The notes under the pieces are model-generated. The model made no database searches. It was not told the DNA's origin and saw nothing but the letters and a program-made list of their open reading frames with translations. From positions 1,536,001 to 1,600,000 of the forward strand of contig OZ251459.1 in NCBI GenBank assembly GCA_965242525.1: a DNA stretch of 64,000 bases. Reading direction: 5' to 3'. The first letter of the stretch is position 1. Every line of letters starts with the position of its first letter. Of this stretch, positions 18,767 through 27,163 are shown piece after piece. Origin of the DNA: an uncultured Candidatus Binatia bacterium (GTDB lineage: Bacteria > Desulfobacterota > Binatia > UBA9968 > JAJDTQ01). Position numbers and translations under genes: made by a program.

Positions 18767-20872
18767 TCACTTCATCACGTATAGTTCGGTCAACTGCTGC
18801 GCGAGGCGAATACGAGAGACGGTAGCCGCATCGAGGTCATCTACCGAAACGTGGGCCACCTGAATGTCCGGCTCGATACGGATTTGGCTTCGTTTGCAGC
18901 CGCGCCCGATGACCTGGACGAGGATCGAGACCTTGTTGGGCGTGTTGACCGCATACAGTATATCTTCCCCAAGCAGCTTCTCCAGTCCCCGGTGTACGTC
19001 CTCGGGCATTTTCGCCCCAAGCTCCATCAGCAGCAACATCACTTGTCCGGGCACTCGCGCCACGTCTCGAACCAGACTCTCGCAGTCCTCGCGCCCAAGG
19101 CGTCGAAGCGCCTCATCGAGCAACGCGCGATGCAGGTTCTTCTGCCGCCGGTCGAGTCTCCACGCCAGTCTTCTTTGTGCGTCCGCCAATGCTGAGACAT
19201 CCGAAACGATCGTCGAGAGTTCGCCAAGACAGGCATGAACCTGGTTTTCCAGGATCTCATCGAAAAAGCAGTTGTGGAGTTCCTCTTTGAGCTTGTCTTC
19301 TATCCTTTCGACGTCGGCCTCGAGTTTGTCCTTGAGTTCAACGCGTTGCTTTTGCGCCTTCTCTCTTCGGCTCTCGAAAAGCTGCGAAACGAGCCAACCT
19401 GCCAATCCGACTGCGACTGCAGCCGCGGCCCAGACGAGCGGAACGCCACCAAGGATGAGGGAAGCAATGACGAGTCCTCCCGTAAGGCTGTTGGTGAACC
19501 AGTCCCAGGCGCGTCTCGAATCGAAAATGGCATCCATGCTGATCCGTTTGTCGCCAGCGAACCTGCCGACGAAATCCAACTCGGCCTTCAGTTGGCGTGT
19601 GCTGTCCGATAGCTCATCTCGGCATTCTTCCTGGATCTGCTCGACGAGTTTCTGGGCCTTTTGGCCTAACTGCTGCCTCTCGACCAATGCCTCCCAGCGC
19701 TCTCCTGCATCGCGCCGATCATAGTTGTTCTCCGCAAACGCCGGAATTTCCGCGCGAAGCGCGTTCATTTCCCTTTCGATAAACGTGGCGATGCGTTCTT
19801 CTCCGTCTTTGCGGAACTGGTGGGACCACGTTTCGACCTGTCGCCTCTTGTTGAGGAAAACGCGGCCACTGGAGGAATTCTCATAGCTGAATTTCAGGAG
19901 TTTCTCGCTGAGCTCCATCATTGGACATACGGCGGCGTCGATGAAGCTCTTCCATCGCAGGAAGGCGCCGCGGCCGATCATCTCCGAAACGATTTCTTCT
20001 TCCACACGGTGGAAACGGCTCGCAGATTCCAGGTCTTTCTTTTGCAGCTCGTAGTCGGGCTGCTGGGAGAGGAACTTGGCTCTCAGATGGGTGCTGAAGA
20101 AAGGGATGCGGGCGCCCGGGCCGTATCTGTCCGCAAACTCGTGGAACTGTTCCACGATGGCGCCGAGCCGTTCAGGTTCGAACTTCCTTCTCAAGAGAGG
20201 TAGTTCGTCAGCATTGTGGAGGGCTGCCTTGACGTTGAGGAGGCCCAGGACCGGCTTGCCCAGCGCCCGAACGCGGGCGAGACACTTGGCTTCTTCGTCT
20301 TGCGGCGCGTCGTCGGTGATGAGAAAGAGCACCAGGTCCGCTTGCTTCGCGGCCTCGAACGCGACTTCCTCGTCCTCGCGCCCCTCGAACGCGGCCACGC
20401 CGGGCACATCGGTAACCGCAAGCCCCTTCCACTCGTAGCTCCGCACGTCCCGGGTCGTGCGCTGAGACCCCTTGCCGATGGATGATCCGTCGCCGTTGGT
20501 CAGGATCTCCATCAACGTGGACTTGCCCGCCATCGTTCGACCGAAGAGGGCGATGGAGAACTTGTCGAGGCGCGCGTATTGCTCTGCCAGGGAAGCACGC
20601 AACTGCCTGGGCAACAGATCGAACTGGGATACCGCTTCTTGGAGTTGTCTTCGGAGTTGAGCGCTGAACTCGTTGGTGTTGACCTGTCTGTTGTCCAGCT
20701 TCGAAAGGTTCCGTTTCAGGTCAGCCAAAACCGCATCGGAGTCGACCTGGATCCCCTTGAGCGTCTCGCTTGCGATCCGGTATCCCTCGCGAGCCGTTCG
20801 CCGGCAATCGGCAAGGGCCTGTTCCAATTCGCTCTTTTCCTGCCCTTTGCCAAACCCGAGAAACACGTTCAT
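18767..20872 (-). CDS. Dynamin-like GTPase with TM hairpin and C-terminal NusA-KH-like module
   Basis: G1 GRTMAGKST, G2 RTT, G3 DVPG; hydrophobic hairpin GGLVIASLILGGVPLVWAAAAVAVGLAGWLV; C-terminus VARVPG...IRLAQQLT. Confidence 0.7.
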   Translation of the reverse strand: MNVFLGFGKGQEKSELEQALADCRRTAREGYRIASETLKGIQVDSDAVLADLKRNLSKLDNRQVNTNEFSAQLRRQLQEAVSQFDLLPRQLRASLAEQYARLDKFSIALFGRTMAGKSTLMEILTNGDGSSIGKGSQRTTRDVRSYEWKGLAVTDVPGVAAFEGREDEEVAFEAAKQADLVLFLITDDAPQDEEAKCLARVRALGKPVLGLLNVKAALHNADELPLLRRKFEPERLGAIVEQFHEFADRYGPGARIPFFSTHLRAKFLSQQPDYELQKKDLESASRFHRVEEEIVSEMIGRGAFLRWKSFIDAAVCPMMELSEKLLKFSYENSSSGRVFLNKRRQVETWSHQFRKDGEERIATFIEREMNALRAEIPAFAENNYDRRDAGERWEALVERQQLGQKAQKLVEQIQEECRDELSDSTRQLKAELDFVGRFAGDKRISMDAIFDSRRAWDWFTNSLTGGLVIASLILGGVPLVWAAAAVAVGLAGWLVSQLFESRREKAQKQRVELKDKLEADVERIEDKLKEELHNCFFDEILENQVHACLGELSTIVSDVSALADAQRRLAWRLDRRQKNLHRALLDEALRRLGREDCESLVRDVARVPGQVMLLLMELGAKMPEDVHRGLEKLLGEDILYAVNTPNKVSILVQVIGRGCKRSQIRIEPDIQVAHVSVDDLDAATVSRIRLAQQLTELYVMK

Positions 20873-20942
20873 AGGGACACAACCCGGAAACGGCCGGTCG
20901 CCTCCGACTCGCTGACCGTGGACGGGAACTCCGGTCGCGGAG

Positions 20943-22004
20943 CTATCCGTTGTCGGCGGCGGTCATGCGGTTCTTGAGGTCCGCGGCCAGGGACGCGCTG
21001 GCGTGGGACAAGTAGCTGGCGAGCTTCTTCAAGTCCTCCGCGAGACCCTCCACGCCCTTCTTCTCCGCCTTCTTCGCCAAGGCGCTGGCGGTCATTCCCG
21101 CCACCATGCCCGCGGCCAGCGCCAACCCGGCCGGGCCGCCGAGGGCCACTACCGCCGGCACCACCGCCATGGGGGCGGCGGCCACCGCGGTCCCCTTGGC
21201 AAGGCCTTTCAGCCCCTCCTCATAGCTGCCGGTCTTGCGGGCTTCCGTGAACGCCTTTGCCAACGCCACCAGGGTCACGACTCCCAGGATCGGGTTGGCG
21301 GACACGATTGCGGCAAGCCCCGTCCCTCCCACGATTGCTCCAAAATCCCGCGCCTCTCCGTCCGACCAACGAAACACCAGCGCGACGCTCCCCAGCAACC
21401 CGCCCAGGACCTCGGCCGAATCGTAGGCAGCCAAGTCCGCAAACCACTGCTTGGGGACCCCGAAGGTCTGGTCCAGCGTGTCCGCGACCTTGTGGTACGT
21501 CTCCGGGTCCCAGGTAAAGAACGGAAGCCCCGCTGGCGTGCTGGCATCCCGGAAGAGCCCAAGGGTCATTCCCATGGCGCGCGCTATGAGACCGTCTTCT
21601 CCCGGAGCGTCCTTGGCGGCCTCGAACGCGCCCCATAGCGTGTGTCCTCCGTCGAACAACCGGTGGAGCCCGCCGCCCACGTGAGTTTCCAGGTACTGCG
21701 CGTCCATCATCCTGTCGTAGATGGTGGGCGCGCCCTTGGCTAACTGGGCGAGCATGTCGTTCAGGTTGTTCGCCAGTTCGGTGGCCAGAAGCCCCTGCCC
21801 CAACGCATTCAGGCGCTTGACCGCGGCGGTTGCGGCCTTTGCCGTCTGCTCACCCCCCGACTTGCTCTTGCCGTAGCTCCACGCCACCGCTTCTGCGACC
21901 GCGCCGGCGCCACGAGTCCCGTATTCGCCTACTGCGGAAGCGGCCCTGCCCACGGTCTCCACCGTCGTGTCCTTGACCTTCTTCACGCCTTCGCTCGGAT
22001 CCAT
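20943..22004 (-). CDS. Hypothetical membrane-associated protein, first gene of the GTPase operon
   Basis: 353 aa ORF; HRLFDGGH motif; glycine-rich hydrophobic C-terminal helices. Confidence 0.65.
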   Translation of the reverse strand: MDPSEGVKKVKDTTVETVGRAASAVGEYGTRGAGAVAEAVAWSYGKSKSGGEQTAKAATAAVKRLNALGQGLLATELANNLNDMLAQLAKGAPTIYDRMMDAQYLETHVGGGLHRLFDGGHTLWGAFEAAKDAPGEDGLIARAMGMTLGLFRDASTPAGLPFFTWDPETYHKVADTLDQTFGVPKQWFADLAAYDSAEVLGGLLGSVALVFRWSDGEARDFGAIVGGTGLAAIVSANPILGVVTLVALAKAFTEARKTGSYEEGLKGLAKGTAVAAAPMAVVPAVVALGGPAGLALAAGMVAGMTASALAKKAEKKGVEGLAEDLKKLASYLSHASASLAADLKNRMTAADNG

Positions 22005-22273
22005 CTCAGGGTTCTCCCATCATGCCGGCACCTTGCGCTGACCTTCCATCCATGAACGCTACATGAAGATCCGTATCCGTGAGGCGAAAGATCGGATCGC
22101 CGCCATGACTTCTTTCACCTTCACCCGATCCGCCCCCGGTCTGCGCTCCGGATCCGCGGCTTGGCCTTCGCCAGCCATGTTCGACCCCCGGCAGAGCCGG
22201 CGGTCCCGGAGAACTTCGGACCCGCGGAGCGATCACCCCGACCGCGCCTGCGGCAACGGGCCGCGGCAAAGCC

Positions 22274-22531
22274 TCAGCCGCCGTATTTCTCCCACTGCTC
22301 GGGGGTGAAGGTCTTCAGCGAGAGTGCGTGGATGCGTTCGTCGCCGAGCTCGTCCTTGAGCGCGTCATAGACCATCTTGTGCTGGTCGATGAGGCCCTTG
22401 CCGGCAAAGGAGTCGTGCACGACCACCACCTGGTAGTGGTCTCCCCCGCCCGTCAGGTCCTTGATGACGGGGACCGAGCAGCCCGGAAAGACCTTCCCCA
22501 ACGTGCCTTCGATTTCTTCTGGCTGGATCAT
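22274..22531 (-). CDS. bolA: BolA/IbaG family protein
   Basis: GGDHYQVVVV..F.GK.LIDQHKMVY..L..IHALSLKT. Confidence 0.9.
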   Translation of the reverse strand: MIQPEEIEGTLGKVFPGCSVPVIKDLTGGGDHYQVVVVHDSFAGKGLIDQHKMVYDALKDELGDERIHALSLKTFTPEQWEKYGG

Positions 22532-22633
22532 GGGTTTGGATTAGCACACGTGCAGGCCGCCGAACAAGCGGAGGGCGGCGGGCCGCCCGCGGTTTCCTGC
22601 GCCCGGCCCGCCGCCTCCCCTGCCCCTCGCGGT

Positions 22634-23140
22634 TCAGGCCTGGGGGTCGTAGTCGTCCCGGCACTGCCGGATCATGGCCCGCATGTCGGCCCGCAGCTCC
22701 TCGTTGGTGGGCCGGCCCACGTAGTACCAGCCGTTGTAGATCCGGTGGACGGTAAGGTCCGGCAGCAGCGAGAAGGCATAGGGGATCGCCAGGGTCCCGT
22801 GCTTCTTGTCCGTGGTATCCACGATTTCCAGGGCTTCGATGGCCTTGAACTCGCGGTCGCTGAGGAACGGGAACGCGGCCCCGAGGCCGGCCCTGAGCGC
22901 CGCGTTGACCTTGGGCGGGTCCACGCTGACCACCGCCAGCTTGCAGTAGCTGACCGGAAGCTCTTCCTGCAGGGTCACCAGGTGGCGCAACTGCACCACG
23001 CACTTGCCTCACCAGTAGCCGCGGTAGAAGACCAGGACGAGGGGGAACTTCCCCGCGGCCAACTGCGACAACGGCGCCTGCTCGCCGAGATGGTCCTCCA
23101 GCGACAGGTCCGGAAACTTCATGCCGACTGTCTGGTTCAT
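22634..23140 (-). CDS. AhpC/TSA peroxiredoxin-like selenoprotein (UxxC, in-frame UGA)
   Basis: ATG at 23140 after RBS AAGGAGG reads MNQTVGMKFPDLSLEDHLG...LVLVFYRGYW-TGA-GKCVVQLR..; TGA (23009-23011) sits at the first Cys of the CxxC motif; frame continues to 22634. Confidence 0.8.
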
Positions 23141-23323
23141 GATGCCCTCCTTTCGTCTGTTGCTCGTTGCCCGCATGGCGCCGGGGGTTTTGCGCCGGCC
23201 TTCGGTGGGGTATTATAGTACAGGTTTGAAAACCATGACGAATGCAAGAAAGCCCAACTCGGTGAACTCCAGGCTTTGACGGCAACGGCAACCAGGTTGC
23301 CAGCCTGACCCCAGATCCCACCC

Positions 23324-23360
23324 GAAGACGCCATCCCGGAAAATCCGGGATGGCGTCTTC
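23324..23360. terminator. Perfect 17-bp hairpin, probable terminator
   Basis: GAAGACGCCATCCCGGA-AAA-TCCGGGATGGCGTCTTC followed by a pyrimidine run. Confidence 0.55.
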
Positions 23361-23368
23361 TCTCTTCC

Positions 23369-23398
23369 TTGACAGGATATGCCGGGGTCTCGTATAGT
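23369..23398 (+). promoter_or_regulatory. Sigma70-type promoter
   Basis: TTGACA-N18-TATAGT upstream of the NHLP precursor. Confidence 0.6.
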
Positions 23399-23553
23399 CA
23401 GGGCGCCCCGTGGTTGTAGTGGGCTGCGGGCTTGGCGGCGTGCAGTCTCCACTACCAGGGACAGGTTATCCTCGTTACCTTCTTTGCTGCACGCCGCCAC
23501 CTTGAAGGCAGTAAGGCTTGGGGAGCCTGACTAACCAGAGGAAGGAGGAAGCA

Positions 23554-23832
23554 ATGGAAACGGTAAGTGAAATGCGGGAAAGGATCGTGGTCAAGGCGAG
23601 AACGGATGCGGACTTCCGCGCACGGTTGCTTAGCGACCCGAAGGGAACCATTGGGCAGGAGTTGGGCGTCACTATTCCGGAGTCCATTTCCATCGATGTC
23701 CACGAGGAGAGCGCTACATCCGCGCATCTGGTTCTGCCCCCCGAGAGCAAGTTGAGCGAGGAAGATTTGAAAGCGGTTGCTGGTGGAACGAGCCTGTGGG
23801 AGGCTATTAAGCAGACCGCAAGGGATTGGTAA
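23554..23832 (+). CDS. NHLP (nitrile hydratase-like leader peptide) RiPP precursor
   Basis: RBS AAGGAGG; KARTDADFRARLLSDPK...HLVLPP...LSEEDLKAVAGG double-glycine leader; core TSLWEAIKQTARDW. Confidence 0.85.
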   Translation: METVSEMRERIVVKARTDADFRARLLSDPKGTIGQELGVTIPESISIDVHEESATSAHLVLPPESKLSEEDLKAVAGGTSLWEAIKQTARDW

Positions 23833-24148
23833 TCCTGCCGGCCGCTTTGGTTGTAGCCCTTGACCCAACCGGAAACGCCGCCCACGCCGTCCCCACGGCG
23901 CCCAGGGCGGCGTTTCCTCTCTCTCCCTTCCCTTTCCCTACTGGCAGGCTCAACGGGCTTCCTGGGCGCCCAGAGCCTGACCCCGGACGGACGTCCTCGA
24001 CAGCGCCCGCGAGGTCCCCGGAACCTTCCCCGGGGACCCGATTTTCCCACCTTCCGCCCTTGACTTTCGGGAAAGCCCGATGTATGAAAATCCTTAAGTA
24101 TTTCAAGGTCTTGGAGTTAATCTATTAGTCGGGAAAAGGATATCCGTC

Positions 24149-24370
24149 ATGCCTCTGTATGAATTCCAGTGCAAGGGTTGCGGCCACGAGTTCGAGGACC
24201 TCGTGCTGGGGTCCTCCTGCCCCGTCTGTCCGAGTTGCAACGGCCAACGGCTCGAGCGGCTGCTCTCGGTGTTCGCGGTCAACGGCGCCGCGGACGATCC
24301 GATGCCGGCTCCGGGCGGCTGTGGAAGCTGCGGCGACCCAAGGGGGCCGGGGGCGTGCTCGATGGATTAG
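24149..24370 (+). CDS. FmdB family zinc-ribbon protein
   Basis: MPLYEFQCKGCGHEFE..CPSC..LERLLS..CGSC..C. Confidence 0.85.
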   Translation: MPLYEFQCKGCGHEFEDLVLGSSCPVCPSCNGQRLERLLSVFAVNGAADDPMPAPGGCGSCGDPRGPGACSMD

Positions 24371-24388
24371 CGGTTGGGCGGCGGGGGG

Positions 24389-24418
24389 ATGGATTCCCGC
24401 TTTCGCGGGAATGACGGA
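24389..24418. repeat. REP-like palindrome, family B
   Basis: ATGGATTCCCGCTTTCGCGGGAATGACGG; same element at ~35690. Confidence 0.8.
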
Positions 24419-24546
24419 GATGTAGGTCGCCGCGGGGCCTGCTTCCCGGGAGCGGGGCAGGGAATCTCGACGGAAAATTTCTGCGGGGTGTGACTTTCCC
24501 GAAGAATTGGGGTAAACAGTAGGGTAGCGCTCAAGGAGCTGGACAC

Positions 24547-24646
24547 CTTATCCAGAGTGGTGGAGGGACAGGCCCGTCGAAGCCACAGCAACCGCGTTCC
24601 CCAGGGGACGCAGGTGCTAATTCCGGCCCGCAAGGGACAGATAAGG
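24547..24646 (+). ncRNA. SAM-I (S-box) riboswitch
   Basis: CTTATCCAGAG..GGAGGGACAGGCCC..GAAGCC..AGCAACC..GGTGCTAATTCC..AGATAAG. Confidence 0.92.
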
Positions 24647-24656
24647 TGAGGAGAGG

Positions 24657-24688
24657 ACCTCTTCTCATCCCGGAAGAGGTTTTTTTTT
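24657..24688 (+). terminator. Riboswitch-coupled intrinsic terminator
   Basis: ACCTCTTC..GAAGAGGT stem followed by a T-run, just before moeB. Confidence 0.8.
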
Positions 24689-24706
24689 GCCCGGAGCATA
24701 CGGTTC

Positions 24707-25486
24707 ATGCGCCTGACACCGGAACAGATCGAGCGGTACAGCCGCCAGATCATGATCCCCGAAGTGGGTGGCGGCGGGCAGACGCGGCTGCGCCAGGCCG
24801 GCGTGCTGGTGGTCGGGGCCGGCGGCCTGGGGAGTCCCGCGGCCTTGTACCTCGCGGCCGCGGGGGTCGGGCGGCTCGGCATCGTGGACGGGGACACGGT
24901 GGACCTCTCCAACCTGCACCGGCAGATCCTCCACGCCACCGCGGACCGGGGCCGCCCCAAGGTGGAGTCGGCCAGGTCCCGGCTGCTGGAGATCAACCCG
25001 GAGGTGGAGGTGGAGGTCCACGGGGTGCGCCTGACCGGGGAGAACGCAGCGGAACTGATGGAGCCCTACGACTTCGTCATCGACGGGAGCGACAACTTCG
25101 ACACCAAGTTCCTGGTCAACGACGTGGCCGTGTCGTTGGGCAAACCCTTCTCCCACGCGGGGATCGTCCGCCTCCAGGGGCAGACCATGACGGTGCTGCC
25201 CCCGGACAGCGCCTGCTACCGCTGCCTGTTCCAGGAACCGCCGGCCCCGGGCGAGGTGCCGGGGTGCCAGCAGGCCGGCATCCTGGGCGCGGTGGCCGGG
25301 ACCCTCGGCTCCCTCCAGGCCACGGAGGCCATCAAGTACGCGGTCGGCATGGAGGAGCACCTGCTGGTGAACCGCCTGCTGACCTACGACGCCAAGACCA
25401 TGCAGGTACGGAACGTGCCCGTGCCGCGGAACCCCGGCTGCAAGGCATGCAACCCGTCCGCGGCCTTCCCGAGGAGTCAACCATGA
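24707..25486 (+). CDS. moeB: MoeB/ThiF/HesA adenylyltransferase
   Basis: RYSRQI, GAGGLG, SNLHRQ, GSDNF, CYRC, CKAC; no rhodanese domain. Confidence 0.85.
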   Translation: MRLTPEQIERYSRQIMIPEVGGGGQTRLRQAGVLVVGAGGLGSPAALYLAAAGVGRLGIVDGDTVDLSNLHRQILHATADRGRPKVESARSRLLEINPEVEVEVHGVRLTGENAAELMEPYDFVIDGSDNFDTKFLVNDVAVSLGKPFSHAGIVRLQGQTMTVLPPDSACYRCLFQEPPAPGEVPGCQQAGILGAVAGTLGSLQATEAIKYAVGMEEHLLVNRLLTYDAKTMQVRNVPVPRNPGCKACNPSAAFPRSQP

Positions 25487-26760
25487 GCTTTGTCCAGGGA
25501 CTGAGATGCCGCGAGTGCAGACGGGAGTACCCCGTCGATCCCCTCCACGTGTGCGAGGACTGCTTCGGCCCGTTGGAGGTGGAGTACGACTACGACGCCA
25601 TTCGGCGGAGCCTGAGCCGCGAGAAGATCGCCTCCCGCCCGCGCAACCTGTGGCGCTACCGGGAGCTCCTGCCCATCGACGGAGAGCCCAGGGTGGGCCT
25701 CTACTCGGGCTTCACCCCGCTGGTACGCGCCCGGCGCCTGGGGGAGGCCCTGGGGGTGGAGGAACTCTACCTCAAGGACGACTCGGTGAACCACCCGACC
25801 TTCTCCTACAAGGACAGGGTGGTGTCCGTGGCCATATCCAAGGCGGTGGAGTTCGGTTACCGGACGGTCTCGTGCGCCTCCACCGGGAACCTGGCCAACT
25901 CGGTCTCGGCCCACGCGGCGAGCGCCGGGCTGGACTGCTACGTGTTCATCCCCGAAGGCCTGGAGGAAGGGAAGATCATCGGCTCGGCCATCTACGGCCC
26001 GCGCACCATCGCCATCAAGGGCACCTACGACGACGTGAACCGGCTGTGCAGCGAGATCGGCGACAAGTACCAATGGGCGTTCGTCAACGTGAACCTGAGG
26101 CCCTACTATTCCGAGGGCGCCAAGACCCACGCCTTCGAGGTCGCCGAGCAACTGGGCTGGAAGCTGCCGCAGCACATGGTGGTGGGGTCCGCGGGGGGGA
26201 CCATCCTTCCCAAGCTGGGAAAGGGGTTCGGGGAGCTCCGCAAGGTCGGGCTGGTGGACGCGGACCAACGGTGCCGGATCTACTCGGCCCAGGCCGCGGG
26301 CTGCTCCCCCATCATCAACGCCCTGAAGAAGGGCACGGACGTGGTGGACCCGGTCAAGCCCGACACCATCGCCACCTCCATCGCCATCGGCAACCCGGCC
26401 GACGGGTACTACGTGCTGCAGACCATCAGGGACTCCGGCGGGTGGGGCGAATGCGTCACCGACGAGGAGATCCTCGACGGAATCCGGCTGCTGGCGTCCA
26501 CCGAGGGCATATTCACAGAGCCGGCCGGCGGCACGGAAGTGGCGGTCACGAAGAAGCTCGTCGAACAGGGCCGGATCCCCCGGGACGAGTCCATCGTGGT
26601 CTCCATCACCGGCAACGGCTACAAGACCGTGGAGGCGGTGGCGCACGTCATCGAGCGGCCCTACAGCATCGACGCCGCCATCGGCGCCTTCGAAGATCTC
26701 TACGGCGAGCTGTCCCGGGAACCGCAGGAAAAGGCCCGGGCGGGGGCCGGGGCGGGCTGA
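25483..26760 (+). CDS. Threonine synthase-like PLP enzyme (possible O-phosphohomoserine sulfhydrylase)
   Basis: Start MSFVQGLRCREC; PTFSYKDR, CASTGNLANS, RPYYSEGAKT, SIAIGNP, TGNGYKT. Confidence 0.8.
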   Translation: MSFVQGLRCRECRREYPVDPLHVCEDCFGPLEVEYDYDAIRRSLSREKIASRPRNLWRYRELLPIDGEPRVGLYSGFTPLVRARRLGEALGVEELYLKDDSVNHPTFSYKDRVVSVAISKAVEFGYRTVSCASTGNLANSVSAHAASAGLDCYVFIPEGLEEGKIIGSAIYGPRTIAIKGTYDDVNRLCSEIGDKYQWAFVNVNLRPYYSEGAKTHAFEVAEQLGWKLPQHMVVGSAGGTILPKLGKGFGELRKVGLVDADQRCRIYSAQAAGCSPIINALKKGTDVVDPVKPDTIATSIAIGNPADGYYVLQTIRDSGGWGECVTDEEILDGIRLLASTEGIFTEPAGGTEVAVTKKLVEQGRIPRDESIVVSITGNGYKTVEAVAHVIERPYSIDAAIGAFEDLYGELSREPQEKARAGAGAG

Positions 26761-26871
26761 CGCCGGGGGGCCGCGGCCCCGGGGAGCGGCCCGGAGACGC
26801 CCGGCGCCGGCGCCCCGTGTTGCAAAGGCCGGGCACGGGTTCTATCCTGACGCAGAGGAGGTCCTTCCATC

Positions 26872-27150
26872 ATGAGTGTTCGCGTACGCGTGCCCACGCC
26901 GCTGAGGAAATTCACCCAGGGGTCGGACGAGGTGGACGCCAACGGCGCTACCGTCGCCGCGATGTTCGACGACCTGGAGCAGAACCACCCCGGCATCAAG
27001 GAGCGCATCATGGACGAAGGCGGCAAGGTCCGCCGGTTCGTGAACGTTTACGTCAACGGGGACGACATCCGGTTCCTGAAGAACGTGGATACCGCGCTGA
27101 AGGACGGGGACAACATCTCCATCGTGCCGGCCATCGCCGGAGGAGCCTAG
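26872..27150 (+). CDS. MoaD/ThiS/CysO-type ubiquitin-like sulfur carrier
   Basis: VRVPTPLRKFT..RRFVNVYVNGDDIRF..SIVPAIAGGA; RBS GAGGAGG. Confidence 0.9.
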   Translation: MSVRVRVPTPLRKFTQGSDEVDANGATVAAMFDDLEQNHPGIKERIMDEGGKVRRFVNVYVNGDDIRFLKNVDTALKDGDNISIVPAIAGGA

Positions 27151-27163
27151 CCTGCTCGTCGCG

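Noticed and set aside
15000-22270. Prophage or integrative element call for island 1
   Set aside because: No integrase, tRNA target, phage genes or flanking direct repeats were seen
22634-23140. Treating the redoxin as a pseudogene
   Set aside because: The stop is TGA exactly at the catalytic Cys position, both halves are intact and a SECIS-like hairpin follows; Sec recoding is more parsimonious
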